44,661 nucleotides of DNA from Malacoraja senta (taxonomy: Eukaryota). Of the stretch, positions 41,137-44,661 are shown in pieces. Position 1 is the stretch's first letter. Every line of letters starts with the position of its first letter. The DNA lies in contig JAXLNO010000364.1 of NCBI GenBank assembly GCA_038087875.1, forward strand, positions 310,001 to 354,661, read 5' to 3'. Under the pieces are notes generated by a model. It searched no databases. It saw only the letters and a program-made list of their open reading frames with translations, and was not told the DNA's origin. A program made the position numbers and the translations under genes.

Positions 41137-41399
41137 ATTATATTAAGGACATTGTTTTGTCGATTAATTTGAGAAATCGGTGAATGGAAACTAAACATAT
41201 CTGCGTTAGGCAAAAAGTGGGGAGAGTAATTTGGGAGCAGCTGTTCTTAGGTAAGTCCTGGTCCTACGTGTAGGAGTCGGTTAAAGACGAGGTGGTGGGA
41301 TTTCAGTTCCGGCGTGTTCCACAGAACATGAAGGACGCAGATGGCGGGTTTCCAGAAGTTTGGATGGTAAATTCAGTCAATAAGAAAAGAGGAAACGAC

Positions 41400-41570
41400 C
41401 CCGGCGGCGCGTCGGTGCAGCCGATGCTTTACAGCTCCAGATACACGGGTTCGATTCTGACTACTGGTGCTTATTAAGAAGGGTCTCGACCCGAAAGGTC
41501 ACCCATTCCTTTACTCCAGAGATGCTACCTGGCCATCTGAGTTACGCCAGCATTGTGTGTCTTTCTTACT
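41400..41570 (+). mobile_element. SINE head remnant followed by a Penelope terminal-repeat fragment
   Basis: gggttcgattctgactactggtgct, then aagaagggtctcgacccgaaaggtcacccattcc...gagatgct. Confidence 0.6.
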
Positions 41571-41854
41571 GTAATATTGATTTTTATTTCTCAAATTCAA
41601 TAATCTAGCCTGACTGGAGGAAACATCCGCAATGTCATTTCGGACTACTGCTGTGAAAATCTGTATCAATCCAGAAAGCAACACTCCTCCTCCCCTCCCC
41701 TCCCCCACCCCCACCCCCCGCACCCAACATCTCTATCTCTCCTGTAGCACCTTTCCCCAGCGAGAGAAAACAATTCCATGCGAGAGCGACAGATAATTTT
41801 TAAAGCGGACCATCGAAACTGATTCTGATGCTCTATTTTACTTGTAATGTTTGG

Positions 41855-42575
41855 TTCAGTTTAGAGATGCAGCGCGGAAACAGACCCATCAGCCCAGCGA
41901 GTCCGCATCTAACACTATCCTACTCAGTCTGAGAATAATTTACATTTATACGAAGCCGATTTCCCTGCAAACTCGTACGTCTTTGCAGTCACGGTGGCAC
42001 AGCGGTGCAGCAAAATGCAACGCCAGAGACCCGGGTTCGATCCCGACTACGGGTGCTGGCTGTATGGAGTTTGTACGTTCTCCCCGTGATCTGCGTGGAT
42101 TTTCTCCGAGATCTTCGGTTTCCTCCCACACTCCAAAGATGTACAGGTTTGTAGGTTAATTGACTTGATTAATTGGCTTGATAAAAATGTAAAATTGCCG
42201 AAGTTGGCGATATGCAGAGTACTGCCCTGCCGACTACAAAATTCAGAAGGTTCAGAAGGTTCAATCAGCGATCCCCGCACACTACCGCTATCATGCACAC
42301 ACTAGAACAATTTTCATTTACACCAAGCAAATTAACCTACAAAACTCTACCGTCTTTGGCGTGGCGGATGGCGGAGCGAACTTGATGAGCGGAATGGCCT
42401 CATGATGATCCTCTATTTCAGGGTGCTTTGGGATTGTAGGTTAATTGGCCGCCATAAATTGTCGCTAGTGTGTAGGGAGCGAACGGAATGTGGGTATAAC
42501 GTAGAACTGGCATGTGAACGCATGACAAATGGTCGGCGTGGGTGGGCGGAAGGGCCGGTTTCCATTCTGTAGCTT
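41855..42575. mobile_element. Cluster of V-SINE pieces in both orientations (best copy + ~41990-42200)
   Basis: acggtggcacagcgg...cccgggttcgatccc...ggagtttgtacgttctccccgtg...ggtttcctcccacactccaaaga. Confidence 0.75.
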
Positions 42576-42694
42576 TCAACCAATCAAAATGACACTATGA
42601 GAGGCACAGATCGGGCGGACATTCATTATCTCCCCCCCCCTCCTCCCGCCCCACCCCACGATAGACAGGTCAATTAGAGAAGCAGTGCAGAAAT

Positions 42695-43560
42695 GAAGTG
42701 CGGCGGAGCGTGATTTTTGCAGCGCCCCCTACAGCCTGTCTGTCTTTTTTTTTAATTTTTGACTAGTTAAATGTAGTTGTTCGTGTTTTTTTGTACTGTT
42801 TTAATCGTGTAAATGTGGAGGGCGGGTGGTGGACGGGGAAACTTTTAAAATATTTTCCCTGTACGGGAGACCCGACTTTTTCCTGTCGGATCTCCGTTGT
42901 CGTTGGGGCCTAGCTCCGTGGAGCGGCCTCCAACCGAAACGACCTGGGGCTCCAGTCGCGGAGCCTGCGGAGGTGTGGACTCACCATCGTGGGGCTGGAT
43001 GGCCTCGGAGCGTGGGGAGCGGTGGTGGCTCGCTGCTCACTCCGGAGCTCGGAGGCTCCAGCTGCAGACCGGTGGACTGGGACATCGGTAGCTCGCGGGT
43101 CCGGGTGAGAGACCGCTTTTCGGAGCTCCCGCAAAGCAACTTCTCCAGCACGTGTCGCGGGTTTGGAACAACCCGGAAAAAGCGGGGGCGTACATCGCCC
43201 GGTGCGACTTTAATGGCCGTGGGACATTCCATCGCCCGCCGGGGGCTCCAACTTTGTGACTTTTGGACTGGAGCGGGGCCGTACACCGCCTGGCGCGGCC
43301 TAAAATGGCCGTCGGACTTACCATCGCCCGCCTGGGGCTCCAACATCGGGAGACAAAGGGTGCAGGGGAGAGAAAAGACTTTGCCTTCCATCACAGTGAG
43401 GAGGAGATTCACTGTGATGGATGTTTTTCTGTAAATTGAATTGTTTGTGTGTCTTGTAGGAATTGTTTGTTTGTATGGCTGTGGAAACGGAGATCGTTTG
43501 AGCCTCTTTGAGATTCAAATGACAAGTAATAAAATCTAATCTAATCAAATCTAATCTAAA
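42695..43560 (+). mobile_element. Unclassified GC/CpG-rich retroposed element with (ATCTA)n tail
   Basis: Ends caaatgacaagtaataaa(atcta)n, resembling the Rex-type tails in this window. No recognisable protein. Confidence 0.45.
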
Positions 43561-44009
43561 TTATTAGAGAGGATAGATTTAACGTGAGGGGGGCAGCGTG
43601 TAACGATGTAAGGGGCAATTTTGTTTACACAGAGGATGGTGGTGTGCTGGAACCCACTGCCGGGGTTGGTGGTGAAGGCAGATACGATAGTGGTCTATAA
43701 GAGGCTTTTAGACGGGGAAGAAGGGAATGGGAGTACAGTATATGGATCGCGCGCAAGCAGAGATTAGTTTAATTTAACATTGTGTTTGACACGGCCATTA
43801 TGGGCCGACGGGCCTATTCCTGTGCTGAACTGTTCTATCCATGAGAATCTCGCACTCACAGGATCAGACTGAATAACGAGGCCATTTAGGATTGGGACAC
43901 TCCACACCCACAGGACCCCGATGACTTTCGTGAACTAGGGTTTCTGCACCCACTGATCAACCCCTGCCCCTAGAACAGTCCCCATCTCGAGACACACCAG
44001 AATGAAATT

Positions 44010-44620
44010 CATAAGGTCATAAGGAATAGGAGTAGAATTATGTAATTCAGCACATCAAGTTTACTCCACCAATCAATCATAGTTGATATGTTCTCCCTCC
44101 TAACCCCATTCTTCTGCCTTCTCAACATAATCTCTGACACCTGTAATAATCAAGAATGTATCCATTTCTGCCTTAAAAATATCCACTGACTTGGCCTACA
44201 CTGCGTTCTGCAGCAAATAATTCCACAGATTCACCATCCTCTGACTAAAGAAATGTCTCCTCATCCCTTCCTAAAAGAACGTCGAATTCTGAGGCTATGA
44301 CCTCTAGTGCTAGGCTCTCTACTAGTAGAAACATCGTCCCCACACCCACTCTATCCAAGCCATTCACTATTCTGTGTGTTTCAATGAAGTCTCCCTTCAT
44401 TATACAAAACTCCAGCGAGTATAGGCCTACTAACATCAAACTATCCTCACACGTTTACCCAATCATAACCGGGACCATTCAACTAACCTCCTCTGGGCCC
44501 ACTCCACGCTTGCGCACCCATCCTTAGATATGAGGCCCATAACCGCTTACAATATTCCAAACGTGCTCACCAGCGCCCCATGAGGCATTAGCATTACACC
44601 ATTGCTTTTATGTATTCGTC
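44010..44620 (-). mobile_element. CR1 LINE 3' fragment
   Basis: Minus ORF GLYSLEFCIMKGDFIETHRIVNGLDRV and a (cataaggt)n tail. Confidence 0.85.
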
Positions 44621-44661
44621 TCCTCGAAACTGGAATGGCAAATTGGACACATCGTAGAATT

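Noticed and set aside
42826..43434. 202-aa ORF as a host gene
   Set aside because: Non-ATG start, no recognisable domain, overlapping ORFs in many frames owing to high GC, and it lies within a tailed repeat-like unit.

Overview
Eukaryotic, repeat-dense vertebrate DNA, most likely from a cartilaginous fish (skate/ray-like). This is inferred from HE1-type V-SINEs and abundant CR1 LINE 3' ends. The only host genes are two tandem, same-strand, five-exon alpha-tubulin genes (30800-33998 and 38035-41052), each with a CCAAT/TATA promoter. Both encode a divergent isotype with altered H11-H12 residues and no terminal Tyr. Copy 2 has Ser in place of Lys40 and a 1-bp deletion in exon 4. The rest is a mosaic of mobile elements: a full-length Gypsy (Mag-like) LTR element with identical LTRs and one premature stop, nested together with a Rex1/Babar LINE inside a DD34E Tc1 transposon; a ~1 kb hAT-like non-autonomous element; L2, CR1 and Rex fragments; a Helitron-like 5' end leading into a head-to-head (palindromic) minisatellite; and many Penelope-like pieces. 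The most unusual sequence-level observation is a ~195 bp TSD-flanked Penelope-derived hairpin (4881-5077) whose 64-bp inverted repeat continues helix I of a minimal hammerhead ribozyme motif in exact register. Boundaries of degenerate repeats are approximate, and no database search was run.
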